In this document: in pieces, positions 12,402 to 22,375 of the stretch | How positions within the stretch are numbered: the first letter of the stretch is position 1 | Layout: every line of letters begins with the position of its first letter | NCBI GenBank assembly: GCA_964404735.1 | Contig: CAYOLA010000052.1 | Span: 3,452-67,451, forward strand | Length of the DNA stretch: 64,000 nucleotides | Source of the DNA: an uncultured Bacteroidales bacterium | Lineage (GTDB): Bacteria; Bacteroidota; Bacteroidia; Bacteroidales; B18-G4 | Direction: 5' to 3' | The notes under the pieces: model-generated | Seen by the model: the letters and a program-made list of their open reading frames with translations, nothing else | What the model was told of the DNA's origin: nothing | The model's database searches: none | Program-made: the position numbers and the translations under genes

Positions 12402-13118
12402 TTATTCAGGTTTTTCGGTCTTGATCAGCCGGCCCTCCCTGAAGATTTCCTTACTCGTTATCCGGCCCTTTTCATCGTAATATATCCACAGCCCGTCTTT
12501 CAGGTTGTTCTTGTACATGCCGGATATCTGATGAACGCCATTTGTATGGTAAACCAGCATGAGCCCTTCCAGTTTTCCGTCGACATAGGTGGCTTTCAGT
12601 TTTATCTTTCCATCCGTAAAATACTGCCTCCATGGGCCGTGTTTCACGCCCTGCTCATAAGGGATCTCCTCGGCAAGCACCCCACCGGGATAATAGTTAT
12701 AGACCACGCTGTCGAGCAAGCCGTTGACATAATACTCGGCCGACAGCAAAACACCGTCGAAATCACTGTAATACAGCCATGTGCTGTCCTTCTGCTTATT
12801 CAGGTAATTACCGGTGGCCATCAGCTTGCCATTGGGATGATAAACCTTGCTCATCGAGCGTTTGCCGCCATCGAGCATCTCCGAAACCGCTTTCAACTTT
12901 CCGTCAGGATAATAAAATTTGAAAGTGCCCACCGGCAGGTTATCGACAAAACGCCCCTCAAACTTGAGTTGTCCGTTTACATCATATGCCTTCCAGACGC
13001 CCTGTTTCCATCCCCGGTCATCCACCTGGTTAATGTCGGGATTGGCAAATTCCTGCGCCGTGGCAGAGAGCACCATCCCCAACAGCAAAGAAACGAGAAT
13101 GTATTTTATGATTACCAT
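12402..13118 (-). CDS. Secreted MORN-variant repeat protein (YwqK-like)
   Basis: Signal peptide followed by repeated G.W..YY.NG.L....Y..G units. Confidence 0.85.
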   Translation of the reverse strand: MVIIKYILVSLLLGMVLSATAQEFANPDINQVDDRGWKQGVWKAYDVNGQLKFEGRFVDNLPVGTFKFYYPDGKLKAVSEMLDGGKRSMSKVYHPNGKLMATGNYLNKQKDSTWLYYSDFDGVLLSAEYYVNGLLDSVVYNYYPGGVLAEEIPYEQGVKHGPWRQYFTDGKIKLKATYVDGKLEGLMLVYHTNGVHQISGMYKNNLKDGLWIYYDEKGRITSKEIFREGRLIKTEKPE

Positions 13119-13208
13119 TTTGTGAATTAACGGATCGGATGCACGCATTATTGAGCCAGGATTAATTTTATGTAAATTTGCAGTAAATTTATCAATTATC
13201 TGCTATCA

Positions 13209-13820
13209 GTGACCAACTATTCTTCGAAGCTTCTCGGGCAATGTGTGGATGAACTCTCAAGACTGCCGGGCATTGGCAGGAAAACTGCCCTGCGTCTTGC
13301 CCTGCATCTGCTGAAACAGGATCATATGACGGTCGACAAACTCGCCGGTTCGATGACGGACATGAAACATAAGATGCAATATTGCAGGGTATGCGGCAAT
13401 ATTTCCGATGCTGAGGTTTGCAGTATTTGCAGCAGCACTAAACGCGATGCCTCTGTAATTTGTGTTGTTGCCGATGTGCGCGATATCATGGCCATTGAAA
13501 AGACTTCGCAATACAATGGCGTTTACCATGTACTGAACGGGGTGATCTCTCCCATAGAGGGGGTCGGGCCCTCCACCCTGAACATCGACGCCCTGGTTCA
13601 GCGGGTTTCCGAAGGAAATGCCAGAGAGGTGATCTTTGCGTTATCAGGCAGCATCGAGGGCGACACCACGAGTTTTTATATATTTCGCAAGATCAACGCT
13701 TATAATGTTGCGGTAAGCACCATAGCAAGAGGGATCGCCGTGGGCGATGAACTTGAATATGCCGATGAAATCACCCTCGGCCGCTCCATCATGAACCGCA
13801 TGCCCTATCAGCGTTCCTGA
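13209..13820 (+). CDS. recR: Recombination mediator RecR
   Basis: LPGIGRKTA HhH, C4 zinc finger, TOPRIM EGDTT, ELEYADEITL. Confidence 0.97.
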   Translation: MTNYSSKLLGQCVDELSRLPGIGRKTALRLALHLLKQDHMTVDKLAGSMTDMKHKMQYCRVCGNISDAEVCSICSSTKRDASVICVVADVRDIMAIEKTSQYNGVYHVLNGVISPIEGVGPSTLNIDALVQRVSEGNAREVIFALSGSIEGDTTSFYIFRKINAYNVAVSTIARGIAVGDELEYADEITLGRSIMNRMPYQRS

Positions 13821-13849
13821 AGCAGTGACAGCATCCTGAAAAAAGTCCG

Positions 13850-14089
13850 TTATTCTTCCCCGTTATCCTTGAAAAGGTCAAGTTGGTTCTCAGTGATGTA
13901 GTATTCCTCCGGAACGTCCTCAGCGTAATTACTGATGTATGGCCTGATCATCTTTTTGATGAGCCGTGTGGGGGTTGTCTTCCTTGCCCGGCAATAATTG
14001 AGCAGTGATCTTTTTTGCCTGGCCGACAGGCGGAATGTGACCTGGGTATACCTTACTTTTTTCCTTTTTTTCTTTTTTCTGAGAGGCAT
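13850..14089 (-). CDS. Small basic protein, ribbon-helix-helix-like, with C-terminal QLDLF motif
   Basis: 79 aa filling the recR-glmM gap; VTFRLS strand then two predicted helices; ends ENQLDLFKDNGEE. Confidence 0.7.
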   Translation of the reverse strand: MPLRKKKKRKKVRYTQVTFRLSARQKRSLLNYCRARKTTPTRLIKKMIRPYISNYAEDVPEEYYITENQLDLFKDNGEE

Positions 14090-14120
14090 AGGCTAAAAAT
14101 AAATCAGAAAACAATATCTA

Positions 14121-15515
14121 TCAGGATCCGGGTTGTATTTTTCTAAAATTGTTGATAACTTCATTTGCCAGGTTTCCGGCCTTTTCCATGCTTTCGCTCT
14201 CGGCATAGATGCGTATAACGGGTTCGGTATTCGACTTGCGAAGGTGCACCCATCCGCCGGGCAGGGTGATCCTGAGCCCGTCAACGGTGTTGCATTCGTA
14301 GCGGCTGTATATGCCGGCAGCCTTCACAAGCAGCTCATCCACATCGGTACCTTCTTCCAAACGGATCTTATTTTTGGATATATGGTACTGCGGGTATCTT
14401 CCTTTGAGTTCGGAGCAGGTGATATTCTCACGGGCGAGGAAACTCAGGAACAACGCAATGCCGGCCAGTGCATCGCGGCCATGGTGCAGGGCCGGATAGA
14501 TCACGCCGCCGTTGCCCTCACCACCGATCACGGCATCAACTTCCTTCATCATCTCCACCACATTTACCTCCCCCACCGCCGAGGCATAATATTTTCCGCC
14601 GGCGGCAATCGTCACATCCCCGAGGGCCGCCGTGGAAGACAGATTCGACACGGTATTTCCCGGGTTATGACGCAGCACATAGTCGGCCACGGCCACCAGG
14701 GTGTATTCCTCACCAAACATCTCCCCCTTTTCGGTAATGATGGCCAGCCTGTCAACATCCGGATCCACAACAAAACCAAGGTCTGCACCGTTTTCGCGCA
14801 CGACCCGGGCAATGCCGGTAAGGTTTTCGGGCAGCGGTTCCGGATCATGAGCAAACAGCCCGTTGGCTTCGCAGTTCAGGCAGCTTATACGGTCGACGCC
14901 CAGTTCACGAAGCAGCATGGGGATGGCGATGCCACCCGTAGAGTTTACCGCATCCACGGCTATGTGAAAATTCTTTTTGCTGATGGCTTCACGGTCGACA
15001 AGCGGAAGGGCCATAATAGCTTCAATATGCTGCCGGATGGCATCGTCAACAACGACATATTTACCCATATCGCCAACTTCAGCGTAAGGGTGTGCCTGCT
15101 CAGCCGCCAGTTCCAGCACCCTGATGCCATCGGTGGCAGAGATGAATTCACCCTTGCCGTTCAATAGCTTCAGTGCATTCCAGTTGGCAGGATTATGGCT
15201 TGCCGTGAGGATGATGCCCGCATGCGCAGGTTCAAACAAAACCTTCATTTCAATGGTGGGGGTGGTTGACAAGCCGGCGTCGACCACGTCCACACCCATA
15301 CCCATGAGGGTTCCGCAAACCAGCCTGTTTACCATGTCGCCCGACACCCTCGCATCGCGGCCGACAACAAATTTAAGTTTTCCGGCATTCCCGTTTTCAC
15401 GGATAAAAGCCGCAAAGGCAGACACGAAGCGGACAATGTCGGGAGGTGTAAGCCCCGCTCCGGGAACGCCCCCAATGGTACCGCGAATACCTGAAATAGA
15501 CTTGATCAGGGTCAT
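14121..15515 (-). CDS. glmM: Phosphoglucosamine mutase / phosphomannomutase
   Basis: SISGIRG, TASHNP, DPDVDR, GGEGNGG. Confidence 0.93.
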   Translation of the reverse strand: MTLIKSISGIRGTIGGVPGAGLTPPDIVRFVSAFAAFIRENGNAGKLKFVVGRDARVSGDMVNRLVCGTLMGMGVDVVDAGLSTTPTIEMKVLFEPAHAGIILTASHNPANWNALKLLNGKGEFISATDGIRVLELAAEQAHPYAEVGDMGKYVVVDDAIRQHIEAIMALPLVDREAISKKNFHIAVDAVNSTGGIAIPMLLRELGVDRISCLNCEANGLFAHDPEPLPENLTGIARVVRENGADLGFVVDPDVDRLAIITEKGEMFGEEYTLVAVADYVLRHNPGNTVSNLSSTAALGDVTIAAGGKYYASAVGEVNVVEMMKEVDAVIGGEGNGGVIYPALHHGRDALAGIALFLSFLARENITCSELKGRYPQYHISKNKIRLEEGTDVDELLVKAAGIYSRYECNTVDGLRITLPGGWVHLRKSNTEPVIRIYAESESMEKAGNLANEVINNFRKIQPGS

Positions 15516-15613
15516 AGGATCGTTTTAAAACAAAAGGCAAATATAAACATTTGGAGGATTTCTTGCGTATGCAGGCAGAACTGCCTGACAGGAAAACAAT
15601 GTTTCAGCCCGGT

Positions 15614-16675
15614 TCAGAACCAACGCTTCCTTCTGAAATAATAAAGCATTACGGCAGCCAGCAACAGCATCAGGATCATCACCCCGAAATAGCCCCAACC
15701 CCATTGGAGTTCGGGCATATTCTGGAAGTTCATCCCGTATATGCCCGCGATGAATGTTAAGGGGATGAAGATGGTGGCAATGATGGTTAGGGTCTTCATG
15801 ACCTGGTTCATGCGGAAACCCTGTATCGAAAAAAACAGGTTCTCCGCGGAATCAAGCCGCAACTCCATCATGTCAATACTTTCAAGAAGATTGAGACAAT
15901 CGTCCTTCAGATCCGTATAAAACTTATACTGTTCGCTTTTCACCAGCTCCGACATGCCTTTTTCGATACCCGAGAGTCCATCCTTCAGGGATGCGATGTT
16001 CTTGCGAAGTTTCAGCAGCCTGCCCTTTTGCTCTTCGATCTCAAGGATCATGGAAGGATCGGGATCGGTGGCATGTACAAGGCCGGCCACATAATTCATA
16101 TTCTCCTCCATCCTGCTGATGGTGGTAAAATAGTTGTCCATCACGCCCTGCAATAGCAGGAAGAGCAGAAAATCTGCTCCGCGCTTCCTGACCAGGCCGT
16201 TGTTCTCCCTGATGCGCACACGTACATGTCCGAAATGGTCGCCTTTTTTCTCCTGAAAGGAGATGAGCAGATTACGGCCCATGATAAAACTGATCTGCTC
16301 CGTATCATAGGATAATTCATTAGAGGGCAATATGGACTTGATTGACAGGAAAAGGTAGTCGCCCAGATCCTGTATCCTTGTGCGCTGGCTGGTATCCAGG
16401 ATGTCCTGGATAATGAAGTTGGGCATGCCGATAGCGGTGCAGATCCGGCTCACAAGGCCGGCCTCGTGTATACCGTGCAGGTTAAGCCACGACACTTTCC
16501 CGCCCGGCAGTGAAGCCATGCCGCTTGAAGGGTCAAATTCCTGCGTTTCGGAATATTCCGTTTCATCGTAAGTAAAAAGCTGCATCTCGGGATTTTCCAG
16601 ATACTGCTTCCCGTAAAACTCAACTGATTGCGGATTATTTTTCCGGTAAGTCCGTTGTTTCCTTCCTTGCTTCAT
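15614..16675 (-). CDS. corA: Magnesium/cobalt transporter CorA
   Basis: YGMNF signature, MPEL, two C-terminal TMs. Confidence 0.96.
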   Translation of the reverse strand: MKQGRKQRTYRKNNPQSVEFYGKQYLENPEMQLFTYDETEYSETQEFDPSSGMASLPGGKVSWLNLHGIHEAGLVSRICTAIGMPNFIIQDILDTSQRTRIQDLGDYLFLSIKSILPSNELSYDTEQISFIMGRNLLISFQEKKGDHFGHVRVRIRENNGLVRKRGADFLLFLLLQGVMDNYFTTISRMEENMNYVAGLVHATDPDPSMILEIEEQKGRLLKLRKNIASLKDGLSGIEKGMSELVKSEQYKFYTDLKDDCLNLLESIDMMELRLDSAENLFFSIQGFRMNQVMKTLTIIATIFIPLTFIAGIYGMNFQNMPELQWGWGYFGVMILMLLLAAVMLYYFRRKRWF

Positions 16676-17528
16676 TCAGATCTTTTTTATACACGAGGGT
16701 GCGGTAAGGGAACGGGATCTCGATGCCTTCCCGGTCGAAACGCTGCTTGACGGATTTCAGCAAATCTGTCATCAGGATAAAACCATTGAGGTTTCCGTTG
16801 GTCCAGACATAAGCCCGCAGTTCGACAGAAAAGTCGGACAGGCCCATGACCCTTACATCCACGTCGGGACTGTCATTATCTTTCTCTTCCCGGCTCCGGT
16901 TATCGATAAAGAGGGGATGTTTGCGGGCTTCATCCCTGATGATCTGCATGGCCTTATCGATGTCGGAATCGTAACTGATGGCGAAATGTACATGTTTACG
17001 TATCAAATCATCCATCAGGTTACTGTTGATGATGGTATCATCGCTGATAATGCTGTTCGGAACAACCACGCGACGGTTTTCATAATTCCTGATAATGGTG
17101 TGCCTGAGCGTGATCTCCTCAACCGTACCTTTCTGATCCGTACCGAATTCGATCGTATCCCCCACCCTGAACGGTTTGAAAATCAAAATAAAGATCCCGC
17201 TGATAATGTTGGAAAAAGCTTTTTGCGATGCAAAACCGATAATGGCGGCGAGAATACCTGCACCGGCAAAGAGTGCCGTGCCAAGTGCCCTGAGCGATGG
17301 AATATGGTAAAAAATGATGATAATGGCAGCCGAATAAATGATGAAGCTGACCGAATTCTTAATAAATGAAAAGTTGGTGGGATCAGCGGCAAGCCTGTCG
17401 GAATACTTGCGGATGAACTGGCTAATGAGCTTCCGCATGATGGATGACAGGATAACGGCAAAAACAATGACGGCAACCGCAAAGACGCTGTACCTTAAAT
17501 ACTCATTCGGAATAAAATCATCTAACAT
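16635..17528 (-). CDS. Small-conductance mechanosensitive channel (MscS family)
   Basis: GFASQKAFSNIISG, PFRVGD, VPNS, GIEIPFP. Start trimmed to the ATG at 17528. Confidence 0.92.
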   Translation of the reverse strand: MLDDFIPNEYLRYSVFAVAVIVFAVILSSIMRKLISQFIRKYSDRLAADPTNFSFIKNSVSFIIYSAAIIIIFYHIPSLRALGTALFAGAGILAAIIGFASQKAFSNIISGIFILIFKPFRVGDTIEFGTDQKGTVEEITLRHTIIRNYENRRVVVPNSIISDDTIINSNLMDDLIRKHVHFAISYDSDIDKAMQIIRDEARKHPLFIDNRSREEKDNDSPDVDVRVMGLSDFSVELRAYVWTNGNLNGFILMTDLLKSVKQRFDREGIEIPFPYRTLVYKKDLNEARKETTDLPEK

Positions 17529-17542
17529 GGGTATAAAGATAA

Positions 17543-18517
17543 TCAATATCCCAGTAAATATGCAAATATCAGTGGCGCCACGATGGTAGCATCCGATTCG
17601 ATGATGAATTTCGGGGTGTTGATGCCCAGCTTTCCCCATGTGATCTTTTCGTTGGGTACCGCACCCGAATAGGATCCGTAGCTGGTGGTGGAATCGCTGA
17701 TCTGGCAAAAGTAGGACCATACGGGGATGTTGTCGAGCCCCAGATCCTGATGCAGCATGGGCACCACGCAAATGGGGAAATCGCCGGCTATGCCGCCCCC
17801 GATCTGAAAAAAGCCGATCCCCTGTGCAGCATTTTCGCGATACCATTCCGCCAGGAAAGTCATGTACTCGATACCGCTCCTCATCACACCCGGGTGGGTT
17901 TCATTCGTGATGCAATGGGCTGCAAAGAAGTTTCCGCAGGTTGAATCTTCCCAGCCCGGAACGATCAGCGGCAGATTTTTTCTGGCAGCGGCCAGCAGCC
18001 ACGAGTTTTCGGGATCGGTGTCGTAGGCATGTTCCAGTTCACCGCTCAGGAGCAATTCGTAAAACAGCTCGTGCGGAAAATAGCGCAGGTTTTCCATGGC
18101 CGACTTTTTCCATATCTTTACCAGCGACTTTTCGATGCGGCGCATGGCCTCCTCTTCCGGGATACAGGTGTCGGTAACCCTGTTGAAATGCTGCTCGAGC
18201 AGGGCCTGTTCATCCCGGGGCGAAAGGTCGCGATAGTGCGGCACCCTTCTGTAATGGGTATGCGCTACCAGGTTAAAAACATCCTCCTCAAGGTTGGCAC
18301 CCGTGCAACTGATGATGTGCACCTTGTCCTGCCTGATCATCTCGGCCAGCGAAATACCCAGTTCACCGGTACTCATGGCACCAGCCAGCGTGATCATCAT
18401 CTTACCGCCCTTGTCGAGGTGCTCCTCATAAGAGCGCGCCGCATCAACCAGGGCGGCAGCATTAAAATGCCTGTAATGATGCAGGATGAAGTCCGAAACG
18501 GGTCCTTTAGCTTTCAT
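17543..18517 (-). CDS. Deoxyhypusine-synthase-like protein (probable homospermidine synthase)
   Basis: AGAMSTGELG, TGANLEED, IGGG, SGAVPNEKITWGK, ESDATIVAP; lies directly after speA-speB. Confidence 0.92.
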   Translation of the reverse strand: MKAKGPVSDFILHHYRHFNAAALVDAARSYEEHLDKGGKMMITLAGAMSTGELGISLAEMIRQDKVHIISCTGANLEEDVFNLVAHTHYRRVPHYRDLSPRDEQALLEQHFNRVTDTCIPEEEAMRRIEKSLVKIWKKSAMENLRYFPHELFYELLLSGELEHAYDTDPENSWLLAAARKNLPLIVPGWEDSTCGNFFAAHCITNETHPGVMRSGIEYMTFLAEWYRENAAQGIGFFQIGGGIAGDFPICVVPMLHQDLGLDNIPVWSYFCQISDSTTSYGSYSGAVPNEKITWGKLGINTPKFIIESDATIVAPLIFAYLLGY

Positions 18518-19361
18518 CGTCCATAAATTTATAGCTCAGCATCTTGTAATACAACTTGGCCACCATGAATTCGGGAGCCTTGTTGCCTGCAAGGGGAGCC
18601 AGTTCAACAATATCAAAGCCCAGTATATTCTTTTTCCTGAAAACAAGTTTAAGGAACTTCAGCATGGTATAAAAATCCATCCCGCCCGGCTCGGGCGTAC
18701 CCGTTGCAGGCATTACCGAAGGATCAAACACGTCGAGGTCGAGGGTGATGTACACCTCATCGCCCAACAGGTCAATTGCTTTTTCCATCCAGGCCGTCTG
18801 GCCGTATATATCATGGGCGAAGAAACACTTATCGGGATTCAAAAAAGTCATTTCGCTGATGTCCATGCTGCGGATGCCAACCTGCACGAGGTTTGCATTC
18901 CGGGAGGCCCCGGATAAAGCGCATGCATGATTGCAGGATGAACCCAGATACGCAGGGCGCAGGTCGGCATGCGCATCGAGCTGCAGTATGCTGATTCCGG
19001 GATATTTTTCATAAAAGGCCCTCATCACGCCAATGCTAATGGAATGTTCACCCCCGAAAAAAGTGAGGAACTTACCGCTGTTCAGCAACTCCTTTGCCCG
19101 CTCATAAACGGCCCGGCACATGCTTTCGGGCGAAGCATTTTCGAGTATGGGGGGAAGCATGCTGATCCCCTTCCGGTATACCTCGGTGCCGGTTTCAATA
19201 TCATACAATTCCATGTTTTCGGCCGCTTCGAGGAAAGCTTCAGGGCCTTTGTCGGATCCTTTGCCCCAGGTTGAGGTTCCATCGTATGGCACTGCCTGCA
19301 GCAGGATGGCTGATTGGTCAAAGGCAGCATATTGATCTTCTATTCCGGCAAAATTTTTCAT
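18507..19361 (-). CDS. speB: Agmatinase
   Basis: GGEHS, DAHADLR and DLDVFDP...TGTPEPGG ureohydrolase motifs. Confidence 0.95.
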   Translation of the reverse strand: MKNFAGIEDQYAAFDQSAILLQAVPYDGTSTWGKGSDKGPEAFLEAAENMELYDIETGTEVYRKGISMLPPILENASPESMCRAVYERAKELLNSGKFLTFFGGEHSISIGVMRAFYEKYPGISILQLDAHADLRPAYLGSSCNHACALSGASRNANLVQVGIRSMDISEMTFLNPDKCFFAHDIYGQTAWMEKAIDLLGDEVYITLDLDVFDPSVMPATGTPEPGGMDFYTMLKFLKLVFRKKNILGFDIVELAPLAGNKAPEFMVAKLYYKMLSYKFMDDES

Positions 19362-20770
19362 TGGCTGTCCTTGTATCCGAGTATGCGGAGCATGTCGTCA
19401 ACGCTTTGCTCATCGCGGAATGCATAGTCGAAGAAGTTTCCCGTTTCATCGCGGTCAACAACCACGTGTTTGGGCGAAGGGATGAGGCAATGCTTGATCC
19501 CTCCGTAACCGCTGATCGAATCCTGGTAAGCACCGGTATGGAAAAACCCGATATAGAGTGGCTCTTTACTTCTTGGATTATACTTTGGAAGCAGTATCTG
19601 CTGATTCATGTCCTCAGAATTATAATAATCCGACTTGTCGCAACTGATGCCGCCGATATTCACCCTGGTATATTCATTGTCCCATTTGTTGATGGGCAGC
19701 AGGATGAACTTCTCGTACAATGACCAGGCATCCGGTATGGTATTCATCAGGCTGTTGTTCACGATATACCATAACTCGGCATCGTTCTGCTGTTTCTGTT
19801 CAAGCACCCTGAAAATGATGGCACCTGCCTCCCCTACCGTGTATTTGCCGAATTCGGTATAAATATCCGGCTCCTGAACATCCTCATTGGCACAGGCCTC
19901 CTTGATGCTGTGAATGATCTCGCGTATTATATATTCATAATCATACTCAAAACCCAGGTGGTTCCTGATGGGAAGTCCGCCGCCCAGGTTAAAGGAGTCG
20001 ATGGTGGGGCATTCCTTCTTCAGTTCAATGAAGCGTGAAAGGGCTTTCTGGAACTCACCCCAGTAATAAAGGCTGTCCTTGATCCCCGAATCGACGAAAA
20101 AATGGAGCATACGCAGCCTCACCCTTTCATTGCCACTGATATTCCGTTCATAAAAATCCATCATGGCATTATTCCGGATCCCAAGGCGGGATGTGTAATA
20201 ATTTGACTGTGATTCTTCGTCAATGGCCAGTCGCAGCCCGATGTCGATGCGTTCATCACCGGCCTGTTTGACGAGCCTGTCGAGTTCGGCCTGGTTATCG
20301 AGGATTACGATACAGTTTTTGAAACCGTCCCTGATCAGAGCAAGGATCTTTTCAATGTAATCGGGCGTTTTATAACCATTGTGCAAAATGATGATATCCT
20401 TTTTTATTTCGCCTTCGGCGTGAAGTTTTCTGATCAGGTCAATATCAAATGACGATGAAGTTTCGAGGTTTACATTGTGCTTGAGCGCGGCACTTACCAC
20501 GTGGTGGAAATGGCAGCATTTGGTACAATAACAATAATAATACTTGCCGGAATACTTGTGGGTGTTGATGGCGCGGTTGAAGAGGTTTTTCGCCTTTTTG
20601 ATCTGTTCGCCTATCCTGGGCAGGTACATCATCCTGAAGGGAGTGCCATATTTATTGATCAGGTATTTAAGCGAAATGCCGTGAAAGGTGAGATAATCAT
20701 CGCGCAGGTCAAAGCCTTCCTGCGGAAAATAATAACTTTGTTCAATCAGGTCGAAATAGGTATTTTTCAT
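19358..20770 (-). CDS. speA: Arginine decarboxylase (short alanine-racemase-fold type)
   Basis: YCTK PLP lysine, NLGGGLP, TEFGKY, SCD, HTGAYQ...GYGG; operon context. Confidence 0.92.
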   Translation of the reverse strand: MKNTYFDLIEQSYYFPQEGFDLRDDYLTFHGISLKYLINKYGTPFRMMYLPRIGEQIKKAKNLFNRAINTHKYSGKYYYCYCTKCCHFHHVVSAALKHNVNLETSSSFDIDLIRKLHAEGEIKKDIIILHNGYKTPDYIEKILALIRDGFKNCIVILDNQAELDRLVKQAGDERIDIGLRLAIDEESQSNYYTSRLGIRNNAMMDFYERNISGNERVRLRMLHFFVDSGIKDSLYYWGEFQKALSRFIELKKECPTIDSFNLGGGLPIRNHLGFEYDYEYIIREIIHSIKEACANEDVQEPDIYTEFGKYTVGEAGAIIFRVLEQKQQNDAELWYIVNNSLMNTIPDAWSLYEKFILLPINKWDNEYTRVNIGGISCDKSDYYNSEDMNQQILLPKYNPRSKEPLYIGFFHTGAYQDSISGYGGIKHCLIPSPKHVVVDRDETGNFFDYAFRDEQSVDDMLRILGYKDSQ

Positions 20771-20931
20771 CGATCAAAAAAATATTAAATGCATAAAACT
20801 TCCGAAAAGTAAATATTTTTTCTTTTGAGGGGGCAAAAATAATCATTTGCGCTTTAAAGCAGACCCGCATCATGAAACTACATTGAATAAAAACATTACT
20901 TTTGCCTGCAAATCATTGAGTCAATTCATAC

Positions 20932-22335
20932 ATGACAGAAGAATTGTTCCCGTTTGATGATGCCCTGATCAGGCGTTTCGAAGAGATGGTAAAGAAAAGC
21001 AGGACCGTCTTTTTCGATGTTGAGGAATTTGAGGCCATTATCGACTACTACTTTGAACAGCAGGACAACCGCATGGCCGGCACTGCCATCAGCCTTGCCA
21101 TTGATCAACATCCGGGCAACAGCGGGGTATTGCTGAAGCAAGCCCGGCTCTTTATCCTGAGCGGGAAGAACAAGGAAGCCATGAAGCTCCTCGACAGCCT
21201 GGAGGAAATTGAGCCCGCCAATACCGATATCTATTACACCCGTGCATCGCTCTTCAGTTATCAGAAACAATACGAACAGGCCATCCGTGAATTTGAAAAA
21301 GCGCTGCTGGCCGGTGAAGAACCCGATGAAATATACACCAACATCGCCTTCGAATACGAAAATATGGGCCAGTATCACATGGCCATACAGTACCTTAAAA
21401 AAGTGTTGCGCATCAACCCTGAGAACGAAGCCGCCCTCTATGAGTTGTCGTTTTGCTTCGAGATCGACAACAAGCTGGAAGAAAGCATCGAATTCTTCAA
21501 TGAATTCATTGATAAATACCCTTATTCGAAAACCGCCTGGTTCAACCTGGGTATTGTATATAACCAGCTCGACCTGTATGAGAAAGCCGTGGAGGCTTAT
21601 GATTTCGCCATTGCCATCGACCCTTCCTTTTCCTCGGCCTATTTCAACAAGGCCAATGCCCTGGCCAACCTCGAACATTACCGGGCAGCCATCCGGGTTT
21701 ACCGCGAAACCTTTGAATACGAGGAGCCGGAGGCGATGACCTATTATTATATCGGTGAGTGCTACGAAAAAATACATTCATACGAAAATGCCCTTGCCGA
21801 ATACCTGAATGCACTCGAAGTTGACGAAAACCTGTCAGAGGCCTGGATGGGAGCCGGCATTGCCAGGGATGAACTGGGGCATACTGCCGAGGCGGTAAAA
21901 AGCATGGAAAGGGCCGTTGCCCTTGATGAGATCAACCCTGAATACTGGTTCATCCTGGGCGACACCCTCCTCAAAACCGGAAGGACCGACGAGGCATTAA
22001 CAGCCTATGAGAAGGTAACCGGACTTGATCCTTATAATACCGACATCTGGCTCGACTATTCGGGGGCACTGTCGAATCTCGGAAGGCATGCCGAGGCCCT
22101 GCGCATCATTGAAAAAGGACTTGAAACCGACGCCAGGAACGCCTCCCTGCTATACAGAAAATCCGTTTACCTTCTCCGCGAAGGCAGAAGCTCCGAAGCT
22201 TACCGCATCATGCAGGACGCCCTCTCCACCGACCATTCAAGGCATACGGAAATATTTGACTATATGCCCCTGTTGAAAAACGATACGGCCATCCTCAACA
22301 TGATAGAGCTGTTCAGGGCCGACAAGAAAAAATAA
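20932..22335 (+). CDS. Tetratricopeptide repeat protein
   Basis: Many TPR units (e.g. AWFNLGIVYNQLDLYEKAVEAYDFAIAIDP). Confidence 0.9.
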   Translation: MTEELFPFDDALIRRFEEMVKKSRTVFFDVEEFEAIIDYYFEQQDNRMAGTAISLAIDQHPGNSGVLLKQARLFILSGKNKEAMKLLDSLEEIEPANTDIYYTRASLFSYQKQYEQAIREFEKALLAGEEPDEIYTNIAFEYENMGQYHMAIQYLKKVLRINPENEAALYELSFCFEIDNKLEESIEFFNEFIDKYPYSKTAWFNLGIVYNQLDLYEKAVEAYDFAIAIDPSFSSAYFNKANALANLEHYRAAIRVYRETFEYEEPEAMTYYYIGECYEKIHSYENALAEYLNALEVDENLSEAWMGAGIARDELGHTAEAVKSMERAVALDEINPEYWFILGDTLLKTGRTDEALTAYEKVTGLDPYNTDIWLDYSGALSNLGRHAEALRIIEKGLETDARNASLLYRKSVYLLREGRSSEAYRIMQDALSTDHSRHTEIFDYMPLLKNDTAILNMIELFRADKKK

Positions 22336-22375
22336 TTCGGCAAAAGAAAATCCGGGAAAATTCACAAGGGAAATA

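Noticed and set aside
12402-13118. Possible toxin-antitoxin system (YwqK-like label)
   Set aside because: It is a signal-peptide MORN-variant repeat protein with no adjacent toxin gene.
17529-17846. N-terminal extension of the MscS ORF overlapping the DHS-like gene
   Set aside because: It is an alternative-frame read of the DHS 3' end; an ATG at 17528 directly follows the DHS stop.
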